From a virus: a stretch of DNA of 64,000 nucleotides. Position numbers and translations under genes: made by a program. This document shows, piece by piece, positions 43,735 through 53,007 of this stretch. The first letter of the stretch is position 1. Every line of letters starts with the position of its first letter. Under the pieces are notes generated by a model. That model saw only the letters and a program-made list of their open reading frames with translations, did no database searches and was not told where the DNA came from. The stretch lies in IMG/VR virus record IMGVR_UViG_3300028800_000062, positions 1 through 64,000 of that record; one strand, 5' to 3'.

Positions 43735-46380
43735 ATGGCTGCGATCTTCGACGCCTCGTCGTATTTCACCAAACGCCAGTCGGACTTGCGCTACATGCAG
43801 GGTCCGCTGACGTCGCAGGAGATCACCGCGGCTTTGGGCGCCGGCAGCAACGGAAATCCATCGAACTATATTCCCGGCGGTATGATTGCTCCCGCTACGA
43901 TTCAAGCGTCCTCCATGGCTTCCGGCGCCATGGCTTTAGCCTTGTCTCTGGGAGGCCTTTCGGCCGTAACCATCATTCCGCCCTCCACCGCTAATACACT
44001 GCTGGCCTCCAGCATTTCGCTCGCAGGCAACCCCTACGTCCCGGGATCGGTAGTCTACTGGACTCCCACCGACGGCACGACGCTGGGCACCACCTCCAGT
44101 CTTTATACCGCGACCCAGAATAAGACTGGTGCGTCCATCACCATCAACTTCCCGTTCACCACTTCGACGCCTACGATCGTGCCAGTCAACGGCTTCTACT
44201 GGTCGAATACCGTTCCGGCCGCCAACATTACCGGCCTGCTGACCACGGCGCAGCTCGGCGCCAATATCGTGGGCACGGCGCAACTGGCGCAGAACATCAA
44301 ACCGAACACAGTGGTCAGTTCCCTGCCGACCATCACTGGCAATCCGGCGAACTATAACCCAGGTGACACCATCACCTTAATGGTTTCCGGCCAGGCACCG
44401 GTACTCTATCAGCTGGACAACAACAGTCAGTGGCGCATCATGATCACCCAAGGGCAGACTGCCACGCTGTCGACGACGGCCCTGACTGCCAGTTGGCTTA
44501 CCGCCGGCGCGATCTCCGCAGGTGCTATCAAAGCCAGCCAGATCGATGTCACGAGCTTACTGGTCACCGGCAATGCCGCCCTCACCAATGTTCTCAGTTT
44601 GACCATCACGGCCAATGTCATCACGGCGGCGTCCCTGGCCGTCAATTCCGTTACAGCCAACAGTATCAGCGCGAATGCTGTGGTTGCCGGCAAGATCGCC
44701 GCCAACGCCGTTACTGCGGGGACCATTGCAGCCGGCGCAGTATCCACTCAGAATCTGATCGTCGGGAACTGGTCTTGTCTGATGGAGGATCCTACCTTCG
44801 AGATCGAAGGGACTACACCCGGCAGCTATCCCAATTTAGGTTTCGTCTCGTATCCGGCGGGCACATATCCTTGGTGGGAAGACGGCCTAGGTCTGAAGGT
44901 GTGGGCAGGGTGGGGCCGTGGTGGGACTTACGGTGCACTCAAAGCGCATGGATCGAGTTTCAGCGGATGGCCCACCACCAGCTCGGCAAACATGCGGAAC
45001 CGGATGGTCTTCGCGGTCAAGGACGGTGACCAACTATATATCGAAGGCTGGGCCCTGCAAAATACCAACACCAATGCCTCGGCTGTCGCGCAAATGGACA
45101 TTTCATTCTTCACTGATCAAGCCAGCGCGCAACGTGCCACCTCCACTGACGGAGCCGTCACAAACCTGGTGTCGAACACTATAGCTCTCGAATGGGGAGT
45201 GTCTGGAACCAATACTGTCGTGCTGGTAGGAACAGGCACCTCACAAGCCGCCGGAGTCTGGTGCTTTGCTAGCAATGTGATCACGGTTCCCACCAATGCG
45301 CGCTGGGCCTTCGTGTCGCTGAGCGTGCAGGGGCAAACTTCCGGCGCCTGGGCAATGGACGACCTCTTTGTCATCTCGGCTACACCTTCGGCCTACATCA
45401 CTTCACTCAACGCCGCGGTGATTAACACGGGAACTTTGGCTGCCGACCGGATTGGTGCAGGCACATTAAACTGCACGAACCTATATGTCTCCAACATCAA
45501 CGGCCACGCCGGTCCATTTAACCTCACCGGGGGCATTCCAGGTTCAACCATTACCAGTCAGAGCATTACCAATACACAGATCGCCAACGCAACCATCACC
45601 AGCGCTCAGATCGCGAATGCAACGATCACCAACGCACAGATCGCTAACGCGACCATCACCAGTGCTCAGATCGCCAACGCAGCAATCACCTCGGCCAACA
45701 TCGCGAGCCTTAACGCGTCAGTCATCAACAGCGGAACTCTCACTGTAGGCGGGAATGTTTCTGCCAATGCGCCTGGATATATCCTAGCGTTGGACATCAG
45801 CAATAATCCGGTTGCCTGGATGGGAGTGTACGGTGGTTACTCAGGTTTGTGGGCTCAGAACGCCTATATAGGAGGAGCCAGTGCTGCGGTTGCCCCTATT
45901 GTAGGTTCCGCGGCAGGCGTGCATATTACAGGGGCAAGCATAGTCAACACCAGCTCGGATTCACACGGTACCTATACGGTGAATATTGATTCTGTTAATG
46001 GGATCAAACTAACCAACACTTCAGACGGCTCCTACAACCAGCAACAAAGCTGGGGTATGATGGGTTACACAATACATGGTCCTTCTGATCAGTATTCGCC
46101 GGCCTTTACTCCTTGCAACTATCTCTTAAGTGGAGCCACTCTGCAGCTACAAGTTTCTGATGCTTCTGCGGTTGCATCATTATCTATCTACCAAACTCAA
46201 GTTGCACGACATCCTGTGGAGTCACGCGGAACGTTATCACTAAGTTCCTCTACAACTGGTAATACCCTGCTTTTGAACCCAGATTGGATTGCGGTCAATG
46301 GGTCCAATGCGTTCACCGGGTCATTCTTGGACCAGGGCGGAACATCACACAGTGTAGTAAACGGTTTGATTATGAATTGA
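43735..46380 (+). CDS. Tail fibre protein
   Basis: Beta-helix-like AVTAGTIAAG and ITSAQIANAT repeats; central carbohydrate-binding-like domain. Confidence 0.75.
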   Translation: MAAIFDASSYFTKRQSDLRYMQGPLTSQEITAALGAGSNGNPSNYIPGGMIAPATIQASSMASGAMALALSLGGLSAVTIIPPSTANTLLASSISLAGNPYVPGSVVYWTPTDGTTLGTTSSLYTATQNKTGASITINFPFTTSTPTIVPVNGFYWSNTVPAANITGLLTTAQLGANIVGTAQLAQNIKPNTVVSSLPTITGNPANYNPGDTITLMVSGQAPVLYQLDNNSQWRIMITQGQTATLSTTALTASWLTAGAISAGAIKASQIDVTSLLVTGNAALTNVLSLTITANVITAASLAVNSVTANSISANAVVAGKIAANAVTAGTIAAGAVSTQNLIVGNWSCLMEDPTFEIEGTTPGSYPNLGFVSYPAGTYPWWEDGLGLKVWAGWGRGGTYGALKAHGSSFSGWPTTSSANMRNRMVFAVKDGDQLYIEGWALQNTNTNASAVAQMDISFFTDQASAQRATSTDGAVTNLVSNTIALEWGVSGTNTVVLVGTGTSQAAGVWCFASNVITVPTNARWAFVSLSVQGQTSGAWAMDDLFVISATPSAYITSLNAAVINTGTLAADRIGAGTLNCTNLYVSNINGHAGPFNLTGGIPGSTITSQSITNTQIANATITSAQIANATITNAQIANATITSAQIANAAITSANIASLNASVINSGTLTVGGNVSANAPGYILALDISNNPVAWMGVYGGYSGLWAQNAYIGGASAAVAPIVGSAAGVHITGASIVNTSSDSHGTYTVNIDSVNGIKLTNTSDGSYNQQQSWGMMGYTIHGPSDQYSPAFTPCNYLLSGATLQLQVSDASAVASLSIYQTQVARHPVESRGTLSLSSSTTGNTLLLNPDWIAVNGSNAFTGSFLDQGGTSHSVVNGLIMN
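45565..45710 (+). repeat. Tandem 30-bp coding repeats (IT[SN]AQIANA[TA])
   Basis: About five consecutive decapeptide units. Confidence 0.8.
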
Positions 46381-46408
46381 CCTAGAACAGCCGAAAGGAA
46401 ATCTCATC

Positions 46409-46750
46409 ATGAACAACAACGAGAAGATCAACGAACCTACGGATCTACGATATGAATTGACGGAGGAACAGAACCAGGTCTATGCCGTCATGACCAACAA
46501 GGTCGTCAAGGCCAATTCCGAGATGGAACTGGCCCAGCGCGTATTTCTGATGCAGAAACAGGCGTTCGATAGCATCAATGAGGATTGCAACCTGTTCCTC
46601 AGCTATGTGATCCAAAGTCAGAAACTGCCCAAAGCAGATGGCGGTTACTCGCCGCAACAGTTTGCGCCCGGCCGGTTTGCGTTAACCGGCAAAGCAATTG
46701 TGGCCGCTCCCGCAGTTCCGCCGTCGGCTGACGATACTAACAAAGAATAG
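46409..46750 (+). CDS. Small coiled-coil protein (possible fibre chaperone)
   Basis: Follows the fibre gene; AAGGA RBS. Confidence 0.55.
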   Translation: MNNNEKINEPTDLRYELTEEQNQVYAVMTNKVVKANSEMELAQRVFLMQKQAFDSINEDCNLFLSYVIQSQKLPKADGGYSPQQFAPGRFALTGKAIVAAPAVPPSADDTNKE

Positions 46751-47344
46751 ATGCTGCCGCTTGGCACAACCCGCTCGATCGACTTCCGCCTGGCGGATGC
46801 CAGCGAGAATCCCGTTACCGGCCGTACGTTGGTACCGTGGAGCACCACGCCGCCGGCCAACGTGGTGATGATCCAGGCGTTTCTGCGCAACAACCAGGCC
46901 TGTACCGACACCCTTTCCCTACAAGATTACGGCAACGGGCTGTATACCGTTTCCTATCTGCCGACCGCCGCCGGCCACGATCTGCTGGTGCTTTACGACC
47001 AGGCTCTGGATATACGGGTCATGGACAGTGAAGACATCATGCCGACCGACTTTGCCATCGGCGGCGGTACTGCAGGCATCCTACTCAACCAGGATTACGG
47101 CGGCACAGATGCACTGCGGGCCACCGGGCTGAGCGATGATCCGACGACTTATCAATTGCTGGTGTTCCTGGCCTCCGACTGGCTGGGCAACCGGCGGGAC
47201 AATGCCAATGCGGTAGGAATTACCGGCCTCGATAGCAACGGGCGCTGGCTCAGCGGCATCTTCGTGGGCGCCGGCGTTTATATCATCGTCGTGCGCAAGC
47301 CGACGCAGACATACGTGATCGCTTACAGCTTGAGCGTGGAGTAA
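46751..47344 (+). CDS. Ig-like virion protein
   Basis: DYGNGLYTVSYLPT filamin/Ig-like motif. Confidence 0.6.
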   Translation: MLPLGTTRSIDFRLADASENPVTGRTLVPWSTTPPANVVMIQAFLRNNQACTDTLSLQDYGNGLYTVSYLPTAAGHDLLVLYDQALDIRVMDSEDIMPTDFAIGGGTAGILLNQDYGGTDALRATGLSDDPTTYQLLVFLASDWLGNRRDNANAVGITGLDSNGRWLSGIFVGAGVYIIVVRKPTQTYVIAYSLSVE

Positions 47345-47348
47345 ATCG

Positions 47349-48098
47349 ATGCAGAACACTGTGGTCCATATCACATTGCCTAAGGGACTGGCCTTAACCA
47401 ACGGAGCTACCCTGGCGGACGATACCGACTTCATGGTCCTGGGAACCGTGAGCCCATGGTATTCCTCAGTGGACCAGGTCCGCCTCGAGGGCGGCATCTA
47501 TCTCACCAAGATCAGCGATTTGACCATTGCCTGCCAGATTTGGCAAGCGTCCCTGGATATCGATGTGATGTCGGCGGTGCCTCCGCCGGCGCCCGTCGAC
47601 GGAACTTCGACTTCCGACTACGGTTACCGGATCTACAACAATTACACGCATGCGCGCAACCAGTGGGTATCGCAACGCTCCGCGCTGGACATCATCACCA
47701 AGGCGTTCGACATTTCCGGGGTGCGAGGTTCGAAGACTCTGGGCAACTTCTCGGTAATGCGTATGGCGTTCGGCCGCGACGAAGGTCTGCCACGCGTCAT
47801 GAGCGAAATGAAGGAAGAGATCAATAAGTGGCGCATCGTGCTGCAATCCGGGGGCACGGTAGCCTACGGCGGACATGCCCGGCCCGCCATGGCGTCCAAG
47901 AGCTACTTCGACCGCGCGGACCAGATCCCCGGGCGGCTGTGGATGACTACCGGTATGGGGGCAGCACATAAGACTCCGGCAGGCCTCGGCTCCGCCGGCA
48001 AACCGGTGAAGTTCGGGTCTCCCACTTTCATTGATTTCCGGGTGGGACGCCAGTTCGGCAATTACATCAACCTATTCCCGACCGTAATCTGGTCTTAA
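47349..48098 (+). CDS. Putative head-tail adaptor (neck)
   Basis: Position; YSSVDQVR N-terminus and SKTLGNFSV hairpin typical of adaptors. Confidence 0.6.
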   Translation: MQNTVVHITLPKGLALTNGATLADDTDFMVLGTVSPWYSSVDQVRLEGGIYLTKISDLTIACQIWQASLDIDVMSAVPPPAPVDGTSTSDYGYRIYNNYTHARNQWVSQRSALDIITKAFDISGVRGSKTLGNFSVMRMAFGRDEGLPRVMSEMKEEINKWRIVLQSGGTVAYGGHARPAMASKSYFDRADQIPGRLWMTTGMGAAHKTPAGLGSAGKPVKFGSPTFIDFRVGRQFGNYINLFPTVIWS

Positions 48099-48101
48099 CT
48101 T

Positions 48102-48647
48102 ATGAACTTCTACCCAGAACCTCAAACCTTCGATTTGCGAGATGAGTTTCACGATTCTCTATTTGGAACTCTAATCGAGCCGGGCATCGGGCAGGCCGTG
48201 CTGCTGCGCCGGTTGCGGGATCAGGTGTGCGTCTGCTGGGACGGCATTACCGGGTCGGCCGATGCCGCCTGCCGGTACTGTGGCGGGGAGGGTTATTTGT
48301 GGGAGGAAGATCTCAAGATCTGCTACATGGCGCGCAACTTCGGAGGCGTGCAGAATCCCTCTAACGTCATCTCCAATCAACAGAATACGGCGAAATGGGG
48401 GATCAGCGACGAGAACCGCGCCATTGCCTATTTCGAGTACTCTGTCTTTCCCAACTACGAACGTTATCTCATTCCACAGCATCCGTCTTACGACAAGCTC
48501 TACGAGTTGAAGGTGGACGATAACGGAAACCTGGTACAGCCTTGGGTGCGTACGGCGAAGTGGAGTATGAAGTCGGTCACCCCACACCGCGGCGACCGGG
48601 GCGCGATCGCCATGTTTGAGTGCGGCCTGGAGAAAGTCACCCTGTAG
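48102..48647 (+). CDS. Putative head-closure protein
   Basis: C.CW....S.D..C.YC.GEGY zinc motif; position after adaptor. Confidence 0.6.
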   Translation: MNFYPEPQTFDLRDEFHDSLFGTLIEPGIGQAVLLRRLRDQVCVCWDGITGSADAACRYCGGEGYLWEEDLKICYMARNFGGVQNPSNVISNQQNTAKWGISDENRAIAYFEYSVFPNYERYLIPQHPSYDKLYELKVDDNGNLVQPWVRTAKWSMKSVTPHRGDRGAIAMFECGLEKVTL

Positions 48648-48659
48648 CGGAAAGCCTTC

Positions 48660-48671
48660 CTATACTAGCAA
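48660..48671 (+). promoter_or_regulatory. Late-promoter-like motif CTATACTAGCAA
   Basis: Copy 5 of 5, heads the tail operon; in-frame GTG at 48677. Confidence 0.75.
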
Positions 48672-48676
48672 AGGGT

Positions 48677-49342
48677 GTGACAGGTGAAATATTGATTGGG
48701 GGTACGGCTGCTTTTGCGGTGCCGCCCAAGATGTCCAGTCGAGCGCCCCTGGACCACTTATCACTGTATCAGGCATTTGTCGACTGTTTCAGCCTGGCAG
48801 CCCAGACCTTGGAGTGGCCTTCCCAGAACCAGCCCAAGTTGGTGGAGGAGTATCCGGCGCAGCGCGAGGGTGAGTTTGACACGAGTTTCGACATTATCCT
48901 GATGAGCCTGGCGGGCAGCCATGTATCGTCCACCAGCAACAGACGAGACCAGCGGCCCAAGGGAATTGAGGAAGTTTCCCGCATCCCCTACCCGGGGTTA
49001 ACGGGATACCTGCAGGTGCGCAGCAAGTGGGAGGAGGACGTTCAGGTACGTTTCGACGTGCTGTCCAAGTCCAACCGCAAAGCCAATGAGTTGGCTATGT
49101 GGTGGCATCGCACCCTGGTGGTGTACGCGCAAAGCCTGAAGTTCTTTATGGCGCGCGGCGTGAACGATTTCCGGTTCGCTGAACGGCTGGCGGACCAGAC
49201 AACAAAGGAATATGGCCAGACATTGTACTGCAGGCCGCTGCTTTATACGTTGCGGCTGGAACTGGACATCCTGACCAAGTGCAAGACCTTGGACCAGATT
49301 AATATGCGTCTGGGATCCTCCAAGATTGAAATCGACGGTTAG
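48677..49342 (+). CDS. Putative tail completion/terminator protein
   Basis: Immediately before the sheath gene; start 48677 or 48731. Confidence 0.55.
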   Translation: MTGEILIGGTAAFAVPPKMSSRAPLDHLSLYQAFVDCFSLAAQTLEWPSQNQPKLVEEYPAQREGEFDTSFDIILMSLAGSHVSSTSNRRDQRPKGIEEVSRIPYPGLTGYLQVRSKWEEDVQVRFDVLSKSNRKANELAMWWHRTLVVYAQSLKFFMARGVNDFRFAERLADQTTKEYGQTLYCRPLLYTLRLELDILTKCKTLDQINMRLGSSKIEIDG

Positions 49343-49366
49343 AAGCCGCACTCGAATGGGAGATCG

Positions 49367-51268
49367 GTGGAAATGAGTTACAACTACCTACCTGGAATGC
49401 AGGTTATCACCAACGACGGCGGCTTGTACAAGAGAACAAACCCCGTTACAAAGAGTGTTCTGGTGTTCGGTACTTCCGGCCAGGGCATCGCCGACCAGGC
49501 TTATCAGGTTCTCGACCAGAACCAGGCAGCCTTGGAATACGGATTTGCCGGCACTTTGATCCGAGGCATGTCGGAGTCTGCGGCCGGCGGCAGCGACAAT
49601 CTGTACCTGTACCGTATCGGTACCGCGCCCGCCGTTCTTAAAGGTGTCGGAACCTCCACGGCCACAACCGCCAATCTGGGCCTGTCCCTGTCCTTCGGCG
49701 ACCGGGACGTGGACACCGCTACCAAGTACACCATGTATTATGCGGCCGGCATCCTCTATGTGTGGAACAACGGCCAGTTGGTGTATGCCAATGACACCGG
49801 CGTGCAGGTAGTCGATACCGGCGACGTCACGGTGACCATGTTGGACGTCACCATGCCTACCGGCGGCGCCGCCATCGGTACGGCTAAGACTTTGGCCGGT
49901 TCAGTGGCCATCGGTCAGGCGCCTACGGCGGCTGTAACGGATACGCATGACACGGCTCCCGTCTACACTGACGCCATCACAGGGCTGAACCTGACTACCC
50001 GTCAGTTGTATATCGCCCTCGAGAAAGCCATGGACATCATGGCTGGCTTCGTGGTGCAACAGGTCTATATTCCCAATACCGTGTTGGACGCGCCGAACGT
50101 GGCGTTCTACGTGTCTTCGGATCCTACCACCACGCAGCACAATCCGGCGACCAATCCCAATGCGCTCGACTGGCTCAAGACCACTACCGACGCGGTGGGT
50201 AACGAGACCTACCGGTGGGCCAGTGAACTGGTGGATTCCAACGGGCAGATTGTCACTGCGCACACCGCTTGGACTTCCGGCAGCGCCCGCCAGGCGGACG
50301 GCTTCTATGAGGTCAACTTCGGCTATCAGCTGGCCCGGTATTGTTCTCAGGCCAGCGAGACGCAGCAAGGTAACGGCGTATGCGTCGGCTTCATCGGCAT
50401 GAACGGACCGGCCGCGAGTTCCTCTGGTCTGCTGAACTTTTCCACAGTCAACGTGCGCTCCTGGCTGGGCGCCCTGCCGACTTACGATCCTAATAGCGGC
50501 ACAGTGCTCGCTTCTGGCAAAGGCGTACTGGGCAACCCGTATATGGCAGGCTGCGGTTCGGCGCAATTGAACCTGCTGTGCATCGACAAGGCCACCGGCC
50601 GCAGCAAGGGTTTCTTTGAGAATTTGGCTGAAGAGTATGACGGCGGCGCTTCGCTCGATGAGAACCAAATGCCCATCGATATCGGGGCCTACCTGGTGGT
50701 TTGCGGAGACTGGGCCAGCTTGACCAATTCTTACGGCTCAGGCTACGTGGGCAACATCGCCGGCCTGGTGTGCGGATTTGTAGCGCAGCTCGATGAGAAG
50801 GAAAGCACCACCAACAAGCCGGTGAAGGCGGTAGCTCAGCTGTACCATCCGACTCTGCCGCAACTAGACGCTGCTGCCGAAGTGGGCATCCATCTTCTGC
50901 GGTATCGCAGCACCGTGGACCTGCCCCGACTGGATCACGGGCAAACGGCGGCCACTTTGAATTCGGACTTCTGCGAAATCGTGCGGGTGCGGATCAAAGG
51001 TAAGGTCATCGTTGAGGTTTTCGACGCTGCAGATCCTTTCATTGGCAGCTCTTCGACCGATGGTATGCAACTGTTGAGTCTCCAAACGGCGCTCAACAGC
51101 CGCCTCAGCGTGTTACGCAAAGCGGGTTATATCGGCGCCAACTTCAGCATCTCCATCCAAGCCACGCAGGCACAGATGACTGCTGGACAATGCGACCTGT
51201 ATCTCACGTATTACAGCCCCGACGAAGTCAAGAAGATTACGGTTCACGTCGGCCTGTCACGGCAGTAA
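49367..51268 (+). CDS. Tail sheath protein
   Basis: N-terminal LPGMQV, VLVFGTS..G; C-terminal VRIK...DPFIG...E.KKITV.V sheath pattern. Confidence 0.9.
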   Translation: MEMSYNYLPGMQVITNDGGLYKRTNPVTKSVLVFGTSGQGIADQAYQVLDQNQAALEYGFAGTLIRGMSESAAGGSDNLYLYRIGTAPAVLKGVGTSTATTANLGLSLSFGDRDVDTATKYTMYYAAGILYVWNNGQLVYANDTGVQVVDTGDVTVTMLDVTMPTGGAAIGTAKTLAGSVAIGQAPTAAVTDTHDTAPVYTDAITGLNLTTRQLYIALEKAMDIMAGFVVQQVYIPNTVLDAPNVAFYVSSDPTTTQHNPATNPNALDWLKTTTDAVGNETYRWASELVDSNGQIVTAHTAWTSGSARQADGFYEVNFGYQLARYCSQASETQQGNGVCVGFIGMNGPAASSSGLLNFSTVNVRSWLGALPTYDPNSGTVLASGKGVLGNPYMAGCGSAQLNLLCIDKATGRSKGFFENLAEEYDGGASLDENQMPIDIGAYLVVCGDWASLTNSYGSGYVGNIAGLVCGFVAQLDEKESTTNKPVKAVAQLYHPTLPQLDAAAEVGIHLLRYRSTVDLPRLDHGQTAATLNSDFCEIVRVRIKGKVIVEVFDAADPFIGSSSTDGMQLLSLQTALNSRLSVLRKAGYIGANFSISIQATQAQMTAGQCDLYLTYYSPDEVKKITVHVGLSRQ

Positions 51269-51357
51269 GTACGGTCTTTCCGGTCCGGGTGGAGGCAGCA
51301 ATCGTGCCCGCCCGGACTGGTCCTGCCTAGCGTAATCTTGGCACAACTTTCATTCGC

Positions 51358-51381
51358 GAGGCCCTTAGGTCCGTTAAGGAG
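51358..51381 (+). promoter_or_regulatory. Tube 5'-UTR motif and SD-sequestering hairpin
   Basis: GAGGCCCTTAGGTCC; CCTTA...TAAGG pairs with the SD. Confidence 0.5.
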
Positions 51382-51387
51382 ACTCAA

Positions 51388-52089
51388 ATGTCAACGACTC
51401 CAGGTCTAACGGATGCCATCGCGAACAGCACCAACAACACATTTTCCGGCAGCGACATCCGTGCATACATAGGCCCTGTCCCGTTCGGACAGATGCAGGC
51501 GATTTCTTATTCCATCAGCCGGGAAAAAGCTCCCGTCTATACCATGGGCAGCCCGGATCCTCGCAGCTTCTCGCGCAACAAGCGCGGTATCGCAGGCTCG
51601 CTGGTATGGATCCTGTTTGACCGGCACGCTCTGCTGGCTCTGGCCGCACAGCTTAGCGGTACCTTCCTCGCTAACCGCGATGACGTGAATCCGACATTCC
51701 TGTCGCCGATCGCGCCGAGCGGAGGTTATGTTTCGCCGCAGGTGTTCAATACCACGCTGGTGCGCAACGACGGTACTTTGCCGGCCGCAGTAGGCAGCGC
51801 CGCCGCCGCGCAACCCCTTCAGGATATGTCCCTGGCCGCTAACTTCAAAGTGGTGTCTGCACCCTGGTATTCGGATCAGATCCTGCCGTTTGATGTCACC
51901 ATGTCCGGCGTGAATGAGTATGGCGCCGCGATGGGGATGAAGATCTTCGGTGTCGAAATCCTGAATGAAGGCTACGGGGTGTCCGTGGATGACACGGTGA
52001 GTGAGATGCAGGCTACCTTCGTGGCCCGTTCCATCGAGCCGTGGCAGGCAGTGGCTACCAACCTGAACAGCTCATCCTGTCTGGTCTAA
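51388..52089 (+). CDS. Tail tube protein
   Basis: Follows sheath; TFSGSDI, REKAPVYTMG...RGIAGSL, DQILPFDV, FVAR. Confidence 0.8.
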   Translation: MSTTPGLTDAIANSTNNTFSGSDIRAYIGPVPFGQMQAISYSISREKAPVYTMGSPDPRSFSRNKRGIAGSLVWILFDRHALLALAAQLSGTFLANRDDVNPTFLSPIAPSGGYVSPQVFNTTLVRNDGTLPAAVGSAAAAQPLQDMSLAANFKVVSAPWYSDQILPFDVTMSGVNEYGAAMGMKIFGVEILNEGYGVSVDDTVSEMQATFVARSIEPWQAVATNLNSSSCLV

Positions 52090-52116
52090 TCCTACCGGCT
52101 GGACTGAAAGGCGCGC

Positions 52117-53001
52117 ATGTCCTACACTAATCCGCCGGATCTGTTGACCGGGGGTTTGGGCGCCAGCGGCAATCCGTTAGACCCCGGCGGATCGCTGCCG
52201 GCTCCGTCTCAAATCCTCACCAACGGCCTGACGCCTCCATCTCCGACCCTCGAGGTCGGTCCCATGGAGAGCACCGGCCGGGACTTGAGTTCCAGCAGCA
52301 GCAGCCAGAGCCAATCTTCCGCACCGGCATCCGCCCCGTATTCCTCCTCTCCCTCGTCCGCCGACGCCGGTGTGCTGGGAGCCGCCCAGGCTCCCGCCTC
52401 CGGCACCAAACTCACCGACACCGCCATTGCCCAGATCGAGTCCGGCCAATATGTGTTCAGCGGCGCGGATATGAGGGCGTACCTGGAGCTGCCCGGCAAT
52501 AAGCTCCGGCAGCTGATCGAACTCACCACCGTTACGGTCTCCGTGCATCGCGAGAAGGCTCCCGTCAGGGCCTGTGGGTATATCGGAGCCAAAGGCTATG
52601 CCCGCGGCCGGCGGACGCTGGCCGGCACCATCATTCTCACGCAGTTCCAGGCCGACTTTATGCTGCGCTTTCTGGGGCAGACCAATGATAAGGATGAGAG
52701 CAAGGACACCCAGATCCTGAAAGTGGACCAGCTGCCGCCCTTCAATCTTTATCTCTATTTTGGCGACGAGTATGGCTGCCAGAGTTACCGGCACATCCTG
52801 GGCGTGGATATCGTCACGGATGGAACGGTGCATAGCGCACAGGATCTCTACAGCGAGCGGACTCTTTCTTATGTGGCCTCCGACTTTACGCCACTGCTCC
52901 CCATCAGCGCCGCCAGCACCGCGACGCCGACGGATCAGCGCCTGGCCGGAGCCGAGAAGACTCCCAAAGAAGCGGTGAATTCCACCATCACGTTCATTTG
53001 A
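52117..53001 (+). CDS. Tube-like paralogue 2
   Basis: FSGADM, HREKAPVR..G....RGRRTLAG, DQLPPF, YVA. Confidence 0.7.
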   Translation: MSYTNPPDLLTGGLGASGNPLDPGGSLPAPSQILTNGLTPPSPTLEVGPMESTGRDLSSSSSSQSQSSAPASAPYSSSPSSADAGVLGAAQAPASGTKLTDTAIAQIESGQYVFSGADMRAYLELPGNKLRQLIELTTVTVSVHREKAPVRACGYIGAKGYARGRRTLAGTIILTQFQADFMLRFLGQTNDKDESKDTQILKVDQLPPFNLYLYFGDEYGCQSYRHILGVDIVTDGTVHSAQDLYSERTLSYVASDFTPLLPISAASTATPTDQRLAGAEKTPKEAVNSTITFI

Positions 53002-53007
53002 TTCCTA

